A stretch of 62,431 nucleotides of DNA, the filler included, from Choristocarpus tenellus KU-1152 (lineage: Eukaryota > Protista > Phaeophyceae): assembly GCA_964200185.2 (NCBI GenBank). It is 12 parts of 12 records of this genome, joined end to end, with 100 filler letters (N's around TTAATTAATTAA, not from the genome) between each part and the next. Parts side by side here need not be neighbours in the genome. Positions count along the whole stretch, not along the records: positions 6,155 to 14,360 come from CAXNAD020005001.1; positions 14,461 to 17,644 come from CAXNAD020021710.1; positions 17,745 to 25,255 come from CAXNAD020006042.1; positions 25,356 to 31,020 come from CAXNAD020010087.1; 8 more parts are not named here. The stretch is one strand, 5' to 3'. Numbering within the stretch: position 1 is the stretch's first letter; every line of letters starts with the position of its first letter. The notes beneath the pieces were generated by a model, which was not told the origin of the DNA, did not search any database, and saw only the letters and a list, made by a program, of their open reading frames with translations. Position numbers and translations under genes: made by a program. Below, in pieces: positions 12,219 through 25,439 of the stretch.

Positions 12219-14272
12219 AAGTGTAAATATATTTTGCAGTTGTCCAGTCACTGAAAATAACATGATAAGCCAGGGATATGATGTAGGCAGTCATCCACAA
12301 CAATGAACGGTACTGGGGTATGATGCACACAACAATTAGGGGATCAGAAACACAGCAGCACAGACAGTGAATGAAATAATCGTATTGACTTTTGCAAGCA
12401 TCATACATGCAATACAAATCCACTACAACAAGAATTTCCCTATGTAACATTTTCAGCAGGAGATTTCCATATACTTGCTCCTCATGCTGGCAAGATTTTG
12501 CTCCCCCCCGGACAACTGGAGCATCAGTGAGTGGAATATTACAAAAACAGGGCATGAGAGTAACAAACTGGTTTGATAGGCATTGCTATCTTCTTTTTCT
12601 TGTGTGAGTCCTTGTATGCGTAAAATTGATGCATAGCATTGGTGATCAAAGGGCAAAGGTGGTCTGACAGAATTCCTCAATCCTGTCTCGATCCAAAGCC
12701 CCATCAACTATGCACTCGTACTAAAAAAGCACAAGTTATACTCTTACTGCTCATTGTACACTTGCTCAAGCAAAAAAGATAACAGTAGGGATAGAAAAGA
12801 AGGTCAACATTCAGGAGGATGGTGTAATTGCCGACAAGGGTATGTGACAGTTTATGGGTGCCATTCACCTAAAGGTGACAAATACCTGGGAATGATCACC
12901 CTCAATTCAATTCCTTCGTCTATTGCTGCAAGTCTGGCCTCTGGACCAACTCCTGATATTGGCCGATCGATCACTGCCTTGAGGTGGCTGGGTAAGGGAG
13001 GTTCCTCCTCCGCAGGAGGGCGCTCGACACGAATAGGAACTGACAAAAGGGGATCCTGGTTGAAGGGAGGCAGGTGCAGTGAGTAGAAAGGAACTGGGGG
13101 AGAGAGAGAACAAGTGGAGTGACGTGGAGGGGAAATGACTGTTGACCACTACCGAAAAGTGCTAAGTTGCTGAGTATTCCTAGAAAAAAAGGTTTGAAGT
13201 TGCTTTGAGTACAACATTGAGAGCTGCTATTTGAGTTTTTGTACAGCAGCCGGAAAGAGTCTGTCAGGAGAAGTCAGGAACTCCGTCGTAATGAAAATCT
13301 CATGCTATTCCGCCGCCATCTCACCTGCAGTATGCTTGGCGCGCCCTTTGAGGAGAAAAAGTCTGTCACCTGGCTTGGACCCCGACCATCACCAGGCACG
13401 GTTGTGCTTGGCGCACAATGTACTTGCTCGGCTTTGTTGGTGTGCATCAGGGAGGGGCCATCATATACGAGAGGTAGGATAGGAAGGCGTTCAATGTGCA
13501 ATGCAGTTGAGCATATATTCACCCCATCACGTTCGGGATATGAATTATCTTGTTTTCGTGGGAGCTTTATTAAAGCACGTGGCCATGTGAGCACAGCAAT
13601 TGTGATCATACAGGTTCAAGGCCATCCTTGCCAATCAAAAAAGAAGCAACATCAGGTTACAAATCAATCCCCACACCAGGATCTCAGCCAACCTCCATGC
13701 ACCTCCACACCGAAGCGCTTGAGAGATCAATGCTCTGTGCAATGAGGAGAAACTCGTGAGATGCATTAGTGGGTTGATCGTGTGGGCAGTGTGATGTAGT
13801 GTGATCAACACACTGTCTCACCCTCCACTTCTTGCCAAATGAGCCTCTCCTCCTCCTCAGCCTGCGCGCAAATGGAATCCCGTAGTAATCTGTCCTGAAA
13901 CCGTCCCCTACACGAAAAAAATTGGGATAAATAGGCGCAGGGCACACATCGGAATCATCAAGTCATGCAGCTTCGCCCCCCCTCTGGATCCAAGCGCTTG
14001 CTGTGGCAACTGAAAAAATATCTCGACAACATTAAGAACGAGTGGGGGGATATGTAACCTTGACAGCTAATAACCATGCAGTATGTAGAAGTTGATTTGG
14101 ATAGCTCCTACAAGAGGGCAAGAGGGTGTGCAAGATGTTGAGAATCAGACTCTTCACGGAAAACAGGCAAGAGGGTAGGACCTGTCAACGTCCGCAATCT
14201 GGTAAGGACAGCTTTATCACAGTGTCAAATAAAATGCTTTTTGTATTTTGTCCGTACGTGTTCGCCTCTAAC

Positions 14273-14360
14273 GGCTCGATATATCTGGGGGGGGGGGGGG
14301 GGGGCGGCTGTCCCTTTGGGGACAACTTTTTCATGTCGGGGTTTTTGGGATGGGAAGGGC
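14273..14360 (-). mobile_element. MITE family A, truncated by contig end
   Basis: ggctcgatatatctggg-polyG-cggctgtccctttgggg. Confidence 0.75.
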
Positions 14361-14460
14361 NNNNNNNNNNNNNNNNNNNNNNNNNNNNNNNNNNNNNNNN
14401 NNNNTTAATTAATTAANNNNNNNNNNNNNNNNNNNNNNNNNNNNNNNNNNNNNNNNNNNN

Positions 14461-14595
14461 ATTTACACCAAAATCAGGAAAAGTGCATTTACATCATCCA
14501 TCCGACGTATGCAACCAAATCACCCAAAAATCGCGACATAAAAAAATTGACCCCAAATGGACAGCCGCTACCCCCCCTTCCAGATACTACGAGCC
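14461..14595 (+). mobile_element. MITE family A, truncated by contig start
   Basis: Internal caggaaaagtgcatttacat...aaattgaccccaaatggacagccgc and a right end cagatactacgagcc. Confidence 0.8.
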
Positions 14596-17500
14596 TGAGG
14601 GATGACAGAGCGACCAAGTGGAACTGGGAGTAGCAGTAGTATGTAGTATTGACAGTCATACATGATACACCAAGCAATAATATGTACACATTCATACTGT
14701 CGAGTACATAATACATGCACAACTCCTGTAATCCGTGTGCTCCTGTTGATGTGTGAATTCTGGCTGCTTTTACCACTTGGTTATATTTCAACAATCACTG
14801 CTGGATGATGGAGAAGACAACAGCTAGAAAACATTTGGAGGGGTCCCACAAATCAACCACTGTGTCAAGCATCATTTCCTTTCAGCATTTTAATCACCCC
14901 TACCAATACCACTACTTTTAAATACTATTTAAAACTACTCTGAAATTTGAAGCACATCTACCGTACATATACCGTTGAACATACCATAACACATCCAATG
15001 AGTAAATGGATCAAAGAGGTGAGTCAAGGGTCTCTTCATATGAAAACAGAAATGCACCACACCCTGAGGACGAATTCTTGACTAGGCAGTGTCTGATTTA
15101 ACTTGAGCAGGAGGAGGGGCTGGCATGAGGGCAAGACCAGAGGCCTCGTCCAAGGGGCTTCCCCATTGTTAGCATTCCCCTGTATAGAACGTTGGGTCAT
15201 ATAGTTGGACCATTGCGTCTATTTCCAGCCCCGGATAATACTAGGACTGATTTACTCTGTATTGCCAGGACACAACTTTGGAGAATATTTTGTCTGTGAA
15301 GCTTCATTGTTCAGAAAACACTCAAATCCAATGCTATTGTGTTGTTGCTTCCCTCCCTCTCATCCCCTCTCTTTCAGCTTCAGAGAACTTGGTAGAGAGT
15401 AGAGCGCAATACACTTATTGTGCTGTATGTGCATGCATTCCAGTGTAACATCCCAATGTTCAACAAAAGGATATAGATAAACATTTCTCCCAAAACCAGA
15501 GTAATTGAAGAATGATTTTCTTGCTCCTCCTTGCGTCAAGACAAGCAAGTGAGCTCTCTTTCTCTTTGACTGGAACATATCTTGCTCTATCCATATTATC
15601 TTGTGTCTAGCTCCAAAACCACTTGTCTTTGCCCGTCACTTGCAGTCTGCTCCATTTACCACTAAAACAAGTGATATATTGTCCACCATGAGTACTGTAA
15701 CACACTGGTCTAAGCCATCCCATCTTAGAGGGGAATCTATCTAGGCCCTTTGGAGTATTTAGACGCTGACATCCCATTACCATGCCTAAATTGCCGCAAC
15801 ACCCCCCTCTATTATTGGATAGTTCTCTCACATACCACCAGTATCTTTCATACACAGTGCTGTTGTTGGATTTCTAGGTTAGGATTCAATAGGAAGCCCA
15901 AAATATACACCCATTCCTTCTCTCCCAGTTGATAATGTACTCGCTATGTGTTTTTTTATGACGAAATACACCTCTGTTTCTTAGTGGTCGCTTTTTGCCC
16001 AGGGAGGAGTGCATTCACACAGACAGAGCCCCAAGAGACCCTGAACCCACACAAAATACTCCGATGATCTCAGGTCTCACCACTTACAAAAATGGAAGCA
16101 AAACCTAACACCAAATCTAACACCAATCCTAACCCTATCGCCTTCTTGTTCTAGCCCAAGACAAACCCTTCCCATCACCTCAACAAATCAAAACTTTGAC
16201 CCTAATCACAGTTCAAATATCACTAGTTCAGACTGGGAACAACACCACCTCCCCTGGGGCTGCTCAACCACTATTATACCTCCTCCAAGAGAAGAAAAAA
16301 AAAGAAATCGGAGGCAGCCTTGTGGGCATGCTAGACTTCCTCCTTCCATCACAAACCTAGTAAGAATTAGAACCCTGTGATTTGTTGACCAAAAAAACAT
16401 TCCATCCTTCTTGAGCTGGGTACTGTCAAATGCTCTTTCTCTTTCCAGAATCACGCCTCACTGGGAAAACCACACCAATGACCCCCATTACTTTCCAGAT
16501 AACTGGTCTAGTGAATCGGTGGTCTGAACAACAACCTCCGAGGTGGAGTAATTGTTCCTAGACAATAGGTAGTCAAGAGTTGGGGGAGGTGGGGGGAAGG
16601 AAGGGGGGGAAATGCAGTGTTAGATCACATGGGGCATAGAAGGCATATTTTTGTAAGAGATGTGTCACTTCTTGCAATTTTTCGGGGCATCTCTATCAGG
16701 AATCAAATGGGCAACATACTGATAGAGAAAGCATGAGCACACCATGACTGCAGCAACAGTCAAAAGTTTATCTATCGTACTCATTACCAGGCAGTGTTCA
16801 AAAGGACTGCTACCACAACATTAGTGTAGATATTGTTGTTCCTTTCACAGTCAATCTGGGGTATCGCACTACATCTTAAAAAATATTGATGAGACTTTAG
16901 AGTATCTTTTCTTTTGTGAATGACACTCATGCCTGTATGGTACATGAGCATTGAGGGGGGGGGGGGGGGGGGGGAGGGGGAGTTGCAGGTAAGCAATTGG
17001 TAGGTGTAGCATACACAATACACAAATCAAGTGTCAAACTGAGAACTCCTCTCAATCCCTCAAGTCAAGAACATCCATCATGGCCATTCTTGTCCATTCC
17101 TAACCCCATTAGAAGAGCTAATTATGATTTTCAAGACATAGCTGGTCACTATACACATACAAAGAACCAAGGCCACCTAGCTCATCAACCTCTGTTACTT
17201 CAGCACACACACCCAAAAGGACATACATAAAACCATGCATTAGGTCAAGAACACAGTTGTACCTTTTCTTGTTGTTGCCTTCTTAATGGTAACATCAATA
17301 AAATTGATGTCTACTAATTCAACACTTTGGGCGGGGTAGTATATGACGGAGGCACTCTAAAAACAATATATTGTATCCATCAAACAGTCATACAGCATTG
17401 CTGAAAGCCCCAATTATTGGGAAGTTTGGCGACGTTACCACCAACCATCAGGAACAAATGACTGCTAAAAAAAAGAGAGTTGAAGTACATCCCCACGGAT

Positions 17501-18879
17501 ATTCTCCACATTGAAACATATGTCAACATTCTATACATTAGGTTTTTGCATAGCAACCCTCTCTGTGTCAGATCTGTCCCTGAATGTTCTTCAAAAACGA
17601 ACCTCTTGCAGAACCTGAAGAACTCTGTCCTCAGCCCCCCCCCCNNNNNNNNNNNNNNNNNNNNNNNNNNNNNNNNNNNNNNNNNNNNTTAATTAATTAA
17701 NNNNNNNNNNNNNNNNNNNNNNNNNNNNNNNNNNNNNNNNNNNNCTTCCACTTTATTCCCCTACCAGCAACGTACTGTACTGTATGGTAGCATGAATCAG
17801 GAGGAAAGGCACTTTTCGCGATAATTTTTTACGCGCGCGCCAAACTCGCGTGAATATCTCTGGTATTTTGTGCCAAGTCGCCCGAATACGATCATTCCGG
17901 TACAAAAGTCTATTTGACTAGCATGTCGAAAAAAGCAGTACAAAATTGCATATTTTTCGATTTGGTTCACATTATTTGACCCAAAATAGGGGCACCTACT
18001 GTATTGAAAGTTAAGAATTCCCTTCTCACAACTTGATGAATAGTAAATTTCGAACAAAGAGAGGAGTTCGATGTTGACAAGTGATGTAAATGACCAGATA
18101 ACACAAGCATGTTTTTTTGGACTGGATTCCTCGGAAAATATTGCATAAGATGAGTTATACTTGAACAAATATATCCCGAACTTGTTCTGAAAATATGGAA
18201 CAGAGGCTAGGCGGGCATACGCCCACAACAAGGCACTGAATTGGTGGATTGAAGGCGTTGGCGTTGAGTGAAAGGGAGGAAAGGTATTCTAATAGAAAAA
18301 ATGTCAAGGAATTCAATCAAAAATCTGTTTTGAAATCGGAGGTCATCCGGAAGAGTTACATACATGAAGGAACATACGTATGACAGAGGGAATATATGTG
18401 TCAACAACACAAAAGATGAGTAGCCTATGTTTCAAGATGATCCAGACCTTCCTATACTCTTCAAATAACTAATCTTAAGTAAAATTTCCGAGGAATCCAA
18501 AGAAGAAATCAATTTTGAAATCGGAGGTCATCCCGAATAGGTACATCCATAAAGGGACAGACTTATGGGATAGAAGGGGTATATACATATATATATATAA
18601 TGACCTCTCTGACATGTTGCGTGTATGTAAGGGAAAAAGTGAAACTAGTATCACTACGACCCCTGTAAAAGTAACAGTTGTCGAAAATGTGAAAGACATG
18701 TCTCCAGAAACTGTTCACTATTTAGTACCATCTATACTTCAACACTCCCTTACAGGCTCGAAATTACAATGTTATGTGTACCTTGCTGCTATACCTCCAA
18801 CCTACCTTAACCCTACAAAACTGGGCGAGGACCTTAGGAAGCATCCCAATAATATGTAATGCACCTCCTTGCCCATCTC

Positions 18880-19550
18880 CCTGATGTCTGCAGCTTAAAA
18901 CGCGTGACATGTCTTGAAAGAGCAACTTGTGTAGTGATGGACACTCTCTGCCGTAACCGGGATTTGACAGCCCCTTTCATGCTGTAACTTCCTGTCCCTC
19001 TCCCCCCCCCCCTACTGCGTGTGTGATCAACTCATCCAGGAAAATTTCTGCTTGCTTACCGAGGCACCCAAAACTTTCAACCACGAAGGTGTTGAGGTTA
19101 TAACTTCGAGGGTCAAAAGAACCCCGGTAGTGGGTGCGCTTTCATGCCTCAGAAACAGCAGCAGCAGCTATTCCATTCCTGGTGGATGAGTGGGGTAGAT
19201 GGGAGGCTGCTTGCACTTCTGCAAACACAATATCCAGGAGGAGGCCTTTATCCTGGTAGGGAGTTGGTCCAATGTTCACAAGTGCCTCAGCATGGAAGAC
19301 ACATCCATGCGGAAATCCCTGTCTAATGCGATTGGGCTACCATCCTCCGTAGTCCAAGGGATGCCCATTCCTTTGCAGGTCTGACCTAGACGCTTAATCA
19401 TCGGCGTGTGCTGGCATTCCTGTCCTCCTGCCCTAGGGCAGGTACAAGTGTGTCGGTTATCAACATAATGCCTCCTGCACCCGGCCACTGGGCACCTTTT
19501 GGATAGGGCCTCCTCCCGCTGCACAGATCCACTAACAGTGATTAGACAAC
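18880..19550 (-). pseudogene. CRE-like non-LTR retrotransposon 3' part: Zn-knuckle plus restriction-like endonuclease, decayed
   Basis: CPVAGCRRHYVDNRHTCTCPRAGGQECQH...MGIPWTTEDGSP...RMD...GSFDPRSYNLNTFVVESFGCLGKQAEIFLDEL...RLRQRVSITTQVALSRHV, read across frameshifts. Confidence 0.75.
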
Positions 19551-22339
19551 CTATGTCCTATGTCCTATAAATTATTAGTGACCAGACTTGAGGTCCAAAT
19601 CTTGTTTTTAAGTCAATCAAATTACATCTTCCTATACACACCGTACACACAATACATATACCCGACCATCTAAGTGACCATCTTATATCATGGAACCCCG
19701 ATTCCAATGCCTTACACATTATTATGCCCTCCAACATTTTGCAGATGTGCCAGGTAAAATCAAAAACTACGTTAAAAGGAGTACGGAAAATACAATAGTT
19801 GTCGACATGAGCCAAACCAAATAGGAGGCAGGCAGGTTTGCATTTTATATCCCCACAAAGGGCAAAACGACGTCATCTAGTAAAATTGCAGAACACACCA
19901 TTGCTAAATTTTGGTATCACTTTGAGGGTGGAAAGGGGGATACCAATTTTGCGTACACCACTGTGCACATAACGAAATAAAACAGAGAGTATTGGATAGG
20001 GTAAGAACGATGACTTAGAATGCAAAAGGGTCCAAAACTGCCGACCTCTCGATTGGTTTGGCTTTCAGTCCGTTCAAAGATGTGTACCTCTAAATGAACA
20101 TTAACCACTTGAAAACAAAATCATTTTCCCTCTAACGGTGGTTAACTTACAAAGAAATGTGTTCATTCCTATGCTTCTAACATTATCCCTTACCCACATT
20201 TCCTCTCCAAGATTGTAGTTTTGGAGGGCGGATACGACCTGCCTTGTTTGTGCCATCTCATCAACGGCAGCATCTTGCTTGCCCTTACCCTCTAAGGTCT
20301 CCTTCAACGCCCAAATTATCTCCCTCCACTTAGCCAGCCCTATTCAGACCCCTTTGCACGACCACCTCCTGGAATCTCTCTAATGCACCAGCGCAGGTTG
20401 ATTTGCTCTCCATCCGATCACCCCCTCCTTTGAAGTAGCTTTGCGCCAGTGATTAGGAGTAGTTAACCAGGCGAGTGATCCAGGCAAAGTGCAAAGGAGA
20501 TAGTACAAAGTTCCAATAAGGAGATTGAATTTACTACAAATCTAACTACATACGGCAAACTGGTCTAAATGGATTGTACTCTGAGAGTTGGAGTCAAGAG
20601 CAAGGAAATTTCCGAAGTCATGGAGAAAGAAACCTGCATACCCCCCTCGACACTATGCAGGTCCAGACACCAATAATGTAGAGTTCCAAATACCTTGCTG
20701 TGAAATTGGTAGTCTGAACACAAGAAGATTGTGATCAAATGGACTGAGTTTTTGTCTTGGAACTTCTGAAGTACTTACTATTGAATGTCATCAACAGGTA
20801 CGTATGATAGCTACTAGTGATGTACTTGGTGAGACTGTTTCACAGTTTTTTTGACAAGCATTTTTTTTTATTACAAAAGTGACTGTGACCACGGTTCAAA
20901 GACACGGTACGTAATTCCATTCTTGTCAACAATTATACAAGACATACAACGTCCATCATTGGAAGCCCAGCCAAGACATCAACCATTCTTCATCACCACT
21001 TCTATAATCGCATGTTTGTCACCAGGACGCGTTCAGGTGAGAGGATAGATTAAAATCTCTACTCTACGAGTCCACCCCAGGATTTAAAAAAAAAATTGTA
21101 TCAGGTGAATTTTGAAGAGTCGAAGTCAACAAACTTTGTGAACGGACGCCGAACGTGCCTCGTTTTAGTCTAAAATAATTACACCTCGGATAATCAAATC
21201 CGATTTGTGGCGAACAAATCAATTCCGAAAAATCAATGGCAGTTCCTGTCAACAATCTGAGTTACGCCTGTTGGGACACATCCTCAGAAATCGAAGTTTA
21301 GGAGTAACCTCTTTCATTATTTGTGGATCCGAATCATATGTACTCACTAATATTTCTGAGAGTAGTGTGGGACAAATCTTCCGACAGCAACATGAAATGT
21401 TGACAAATCAACACATTGTGATTTGTACAACTTATGCTGACAACGGCAAATCATTGTTGAGGGATTCAAGTCCATACGTTTGTACCAGGGAACAGTTTAA
21501 TACATGTTCATCTTTGTAGATAGGAGAGTGGTGCATATAAATATTATATATGTTATTTTATTATGCCCTCTAACATTTTTTAGATGTGCCAGGGAAAAAG
21601 TCAAACCAATATCGCAACGACCCCTGTGTTACCACCAATATTTGTACACGTGTTCGTAGACGGAGGAGTGGTATGACAAGTACTTGCATATGTTTCGCAG
21701 AGGATGAGTCGTACCGATAAAAAATTAAAATGTTTTTGATACAGGAGTAGTGTCACCGATGCAAAAAATGTTGAGGAGTAGTAGCCTGCCTCAAGGATAG
21801 CCAGAGTTGATGTCGAATTATGGAGGTGGACCAGAGTGAACGCAACCACAGAGGAGGATGTTGTGGCAACTGACGAGCTGGTCTTAGGAGGGGATGCAGT
21901 GACTTTTCATGTTTCAAGTAGTATGCATCACTGTGATTAGGTGTATCAAAGAATGTATTCGGAGAAGGCGTAAGCGAACAATTTGAGTACAAGCCTGTGT
22001 CTAACTATATTGCAAACATTTTGCCGGTGTTTTGGTTTCCCATCTCTTCTTGTATCAGTTCCAAGTATGGACCAGTCAGTTGTACTTCTCCCCAGAATAT
22101 GACATATGTATTCAATCTGTCTCGAGGTGGGTCTTGGCAATTTCTTCTTACATATCGAGAACAGGGATTGAGCCGCTCTTCTAGGATTGAACTGTACTGA
22201 TACTTTGCTTATACTTCACCTGAAATTTGGTTACCAATGCTTGAACCACCACGAAGGAGAGACTTCGAATCCAACTCAAAACATATCCTTGTTTTGAGGA
22301 CAATTCTAATCATTAGGATGGCCTACCAAGACGGAAAAT

Positions 22340-22599
22340 GAATGAAAGTATACTACAGGGTACGAGTTTTGCCCTGTTTGTCCGTTTAGGGCTTGGCTTC
22401 CCACAATGTTTTTTTATGGCAGTGGACTCCTCCGAAATGTTTCAGAGTAGGTAAAATGTATACACTATGAAAAGGTGTGTCCGGAACAGGAATATGGACA
22501 CTTCCTAACACACACAATAACCAAAATTACAACAAAATCGCAACAATGGATTTTGATCCCCAAACGGACGCATCTCTAGCCTCTAAGATGATTTGACTC
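22340..22599 (-). mobile_element. MITE family B (about 260 bp), full length
   Basis: GAATGAAAGTAT ... AAGATGATTTGACTC; flanks AAT/AAT. Confidence 0.85.
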
Positions 22600-22788
22600 A
22601 ATATCTGATACAAACAGATGCTTTGACACAAGGTAGTTGTTGTCTCAGCAATACTGTGTGCGGACAGCTAATGTCAACACAGTCCAGCCAGACTCTTGTC
22701 AAACTAGAGGCATCTCATCTATGTACCACAAAAGCAAGATGTGTGGAAGCTATGCAGCATCCCAAAATGTACAACTCACGTGAGCTTT

Positions 22789-22966
22789 GGCTCAAAGTAT
22801 CTGGGGGGGTGGTGGTAGATGCTATTTGGTGTCAATTTTTTCATGTCGCGATTTTTGGGTGAGTTGATTCCATACGTCGGATGGATAATGAAAGTGCAAT
22901 TTTCCTGGTTATGACCCAAATGGAAACCCTGGTGTAGACCCCCCCCCACCCCAGATACTATGGGTC
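22789..22966 (-). mobile_element. MITE family A, full length
   Basis: GGCTCAAAGTATCTGG ... CCAGATACTATGGGTC. Confidence 0.88.
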
Positions 22967-23874
22967 TTCGAATTCTGGTATGTCTGTTGTAACCCCAAGG
23001 AGTTCTCTTGATTCAGTTCCAAAATGTATGATCTGTTCTCTTTCACATATAGTGTGCCATCCGATTGGAAGTAATGGTAATTGAAACCGTTGCTTCAAGT
23101 CCAAAACCCTGACCACACACATCAACTGCAGTACCTGATAAATGTACAAGAGGTAGGCTAGTGAACCAACACCTTACACCATTGTCAGCTCCTTGTCATG
23201 CATCCCCCAACTCACATGAGTGCTGCCCAGTACAAACTGCGCTGGAGTTGCTACCACTGGCAACAACGGGAAGGGAAGCATTGAAGGTCTCGACCCTGCT
23301 CACTTCTACTTGAGTCGTACGGGCCTCAACCCCAGTGCAACTGGCCAATGAAGCCTGCTCGCCTGACCTGTCTCGGGCTTTCTCCCTACCCAGAAATGAA
23401 TATCCTGAAAGGGTGGCATTGAGCAAGAGGATATGAAAACGTGAATGTGCTAGTCCCTTGCGTGTACTCTGTAAGATGACAAAATTGTACAACATAGAGT
23501 GTGTTCTGGACAAGAAAAGAAGAAAAGAAGAGATTCACAGGGTGTTTTTGGTGTTCAAATCAAAGCACAGGTCGATTCGCTTACATAAGTCTATCACTAT
23601 GTACCACGCCCATTATTTCTGGTGAGATTGCAAAACAAGAGTAAGCAAAGATTGCCCCCATTCTCACTTGACCTTGTGCTGCTTCCATTTTTTCCCTATC
23701 CAATCCCCTACCCTGCTGCACGTTTTGTTTTGTTCTTAACGTTTTTGTTTTGTCGCCAACACTCTCTCTTGTGATGTCATTCAATATCTCTGGGGCTGGA
23801 CAATTGGTAACAAACACACACACACACACAAAAAAAAAAATCACCAGTAGGGCATATAGAGGGGATTGCGAGAT

Positions 23875-24130
23875 GAGCCAAAGTAACTTAGAGGGTAGAG
23901 CCGCGTCCATTTGGGGCCAAAATCCAATGTTGCAATTTCGATGTAATTTTGACTATCGTGTTTGTTAGGAAGTGCCAATATCCTTGTTCCAGGCACACTT
24001 TTTCATAACCATAAATATTACCTACACTGAAATATTTTGGGGTAGGAAAACGTCATAAAAACCCTGAGGGAAGCCAAGACCTAAATGGACAAACAGGGCA
24101 AAACTCATACCCTCCAAGATACTTTCATTC
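23875..24130 (+). mobile_element. MITE family B, full length
   Basis: GAGCCAAAGTAACTTAGAGGGTA ... TACCCTCCAAGATACTTTCATTC; 4-bp TSD AGAT/AGAT. Confidence 0.88.
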
Positions 24131-24743
24131 AGATGTGTTTTGGTCATGGAGACAATGCAGACATTTTGAACAATGGAGATTGATCAGCTGGGACTGCTTA
24201 CTAACCTCCAGGCGTTCACCAGCCTGTCCTTTGAGCTAAGTGAGTTGTACTCTATGGTTGAAAGTGTCTATGGAAAGTGGTGGATGGGAGCAGGGGCAAG
24301 TTGGGGGAATGGTTTTAAGGAACACCCATTGCTGGTAGATATATTGTGAAAATAGTAACGTATGGTGCAGCACCGTTGATATGTCGTTATGGTCGTCTTG
24401 TACTGGTAACTCTTCACTGCTCTGGAGCAATAGGCTCTGGAGTGCCACGGAATAATGCCTCTTATTTGTACTTGATTTTTTTTGCATCGATATGCGTTGC
24501 TGGTAAGGTGTAGTCAGAGTCAGCCAACCTTCTTGGTCCTTCCACTCTTTGTTCCTCATCAGATGTAACGTCAGAGCCCTTTCTCGAAGTATTTGTGGTA
24601 TGAACCGGTAGGACTCACGGCTCAAAGTAGATCAACTCAGGCAATTTTGATTAACTCATTTCGAGTGTTGGTGCACAATGCAATTGTCATGTTGTGGTGT
24701 GAAGCAAAAATGCTGGTGAGGGTCCCAGCCGGAGTTGATTTTT

Positions 24744-25001
24744 GAGCCAAAGTATCTCACAGGGTAGAGCCGCGTCCATTTGGGGGCCAAAATCCAATGT
24801 TGCGATTTCGATGTAATTTTGACAATCGTATTTGTTAGGAAGTGTCAATATCCTTGTTCTGGACACACCTTTTCATAACGTATTCATTTTACCAACTCCA
24901 ATTCTTTTAGAGTAAGTAAAACATCATAAACACCTCGAGGGAAGCCAAGCCCAAAATGGACAAACAGGGCAAAATTCGTACCCTCTGAGATACTTTCACT
25001 C
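24744..25001 (+). mobile_element. MITE family B, full length
   Basis: GAGCCAAAGTATCT ... AGATACTTTCACTC; no clear TSD. Confidence 0.88.
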
Positions 25002-25439
25002 ATGAACCAACATGGGAAAGGTGAAGAATATAGGAATACACACGACCTAATCCTCATCTACTGAACGGTCACACAATATTCGATCGGCACACGGACGGAA
25101 TGATAACAGTCATAATTGATTTCAATAGTCTCCCGCAATACACCCCGTATTTCAGCGCTGGCGAACTCTGCAACTCACCGTTTATGCGGTGTAAATGCAC
25201 CTTCCACGGGTGGGGTACAGTGAGCGCGATGGTGCCCTTAGGATGCATCTTACCCNNNNNNNNNNNNNNNNNNNNNNNNNNNNNNNNNNNNNNNNNNNNT
25301 TAATTAATTAANNNNNNNNNNNNNNNNNNNNNNNNNNNNNNNNNNNNNNNNNNNNCCCCCAAAAAAAAAAAGAAAAAAGTCTGATTCCATTTTCTTTTTT
25401 ATATTCTCTTTTTTTTTTCTCCTCCCCACGCTCACTCAC

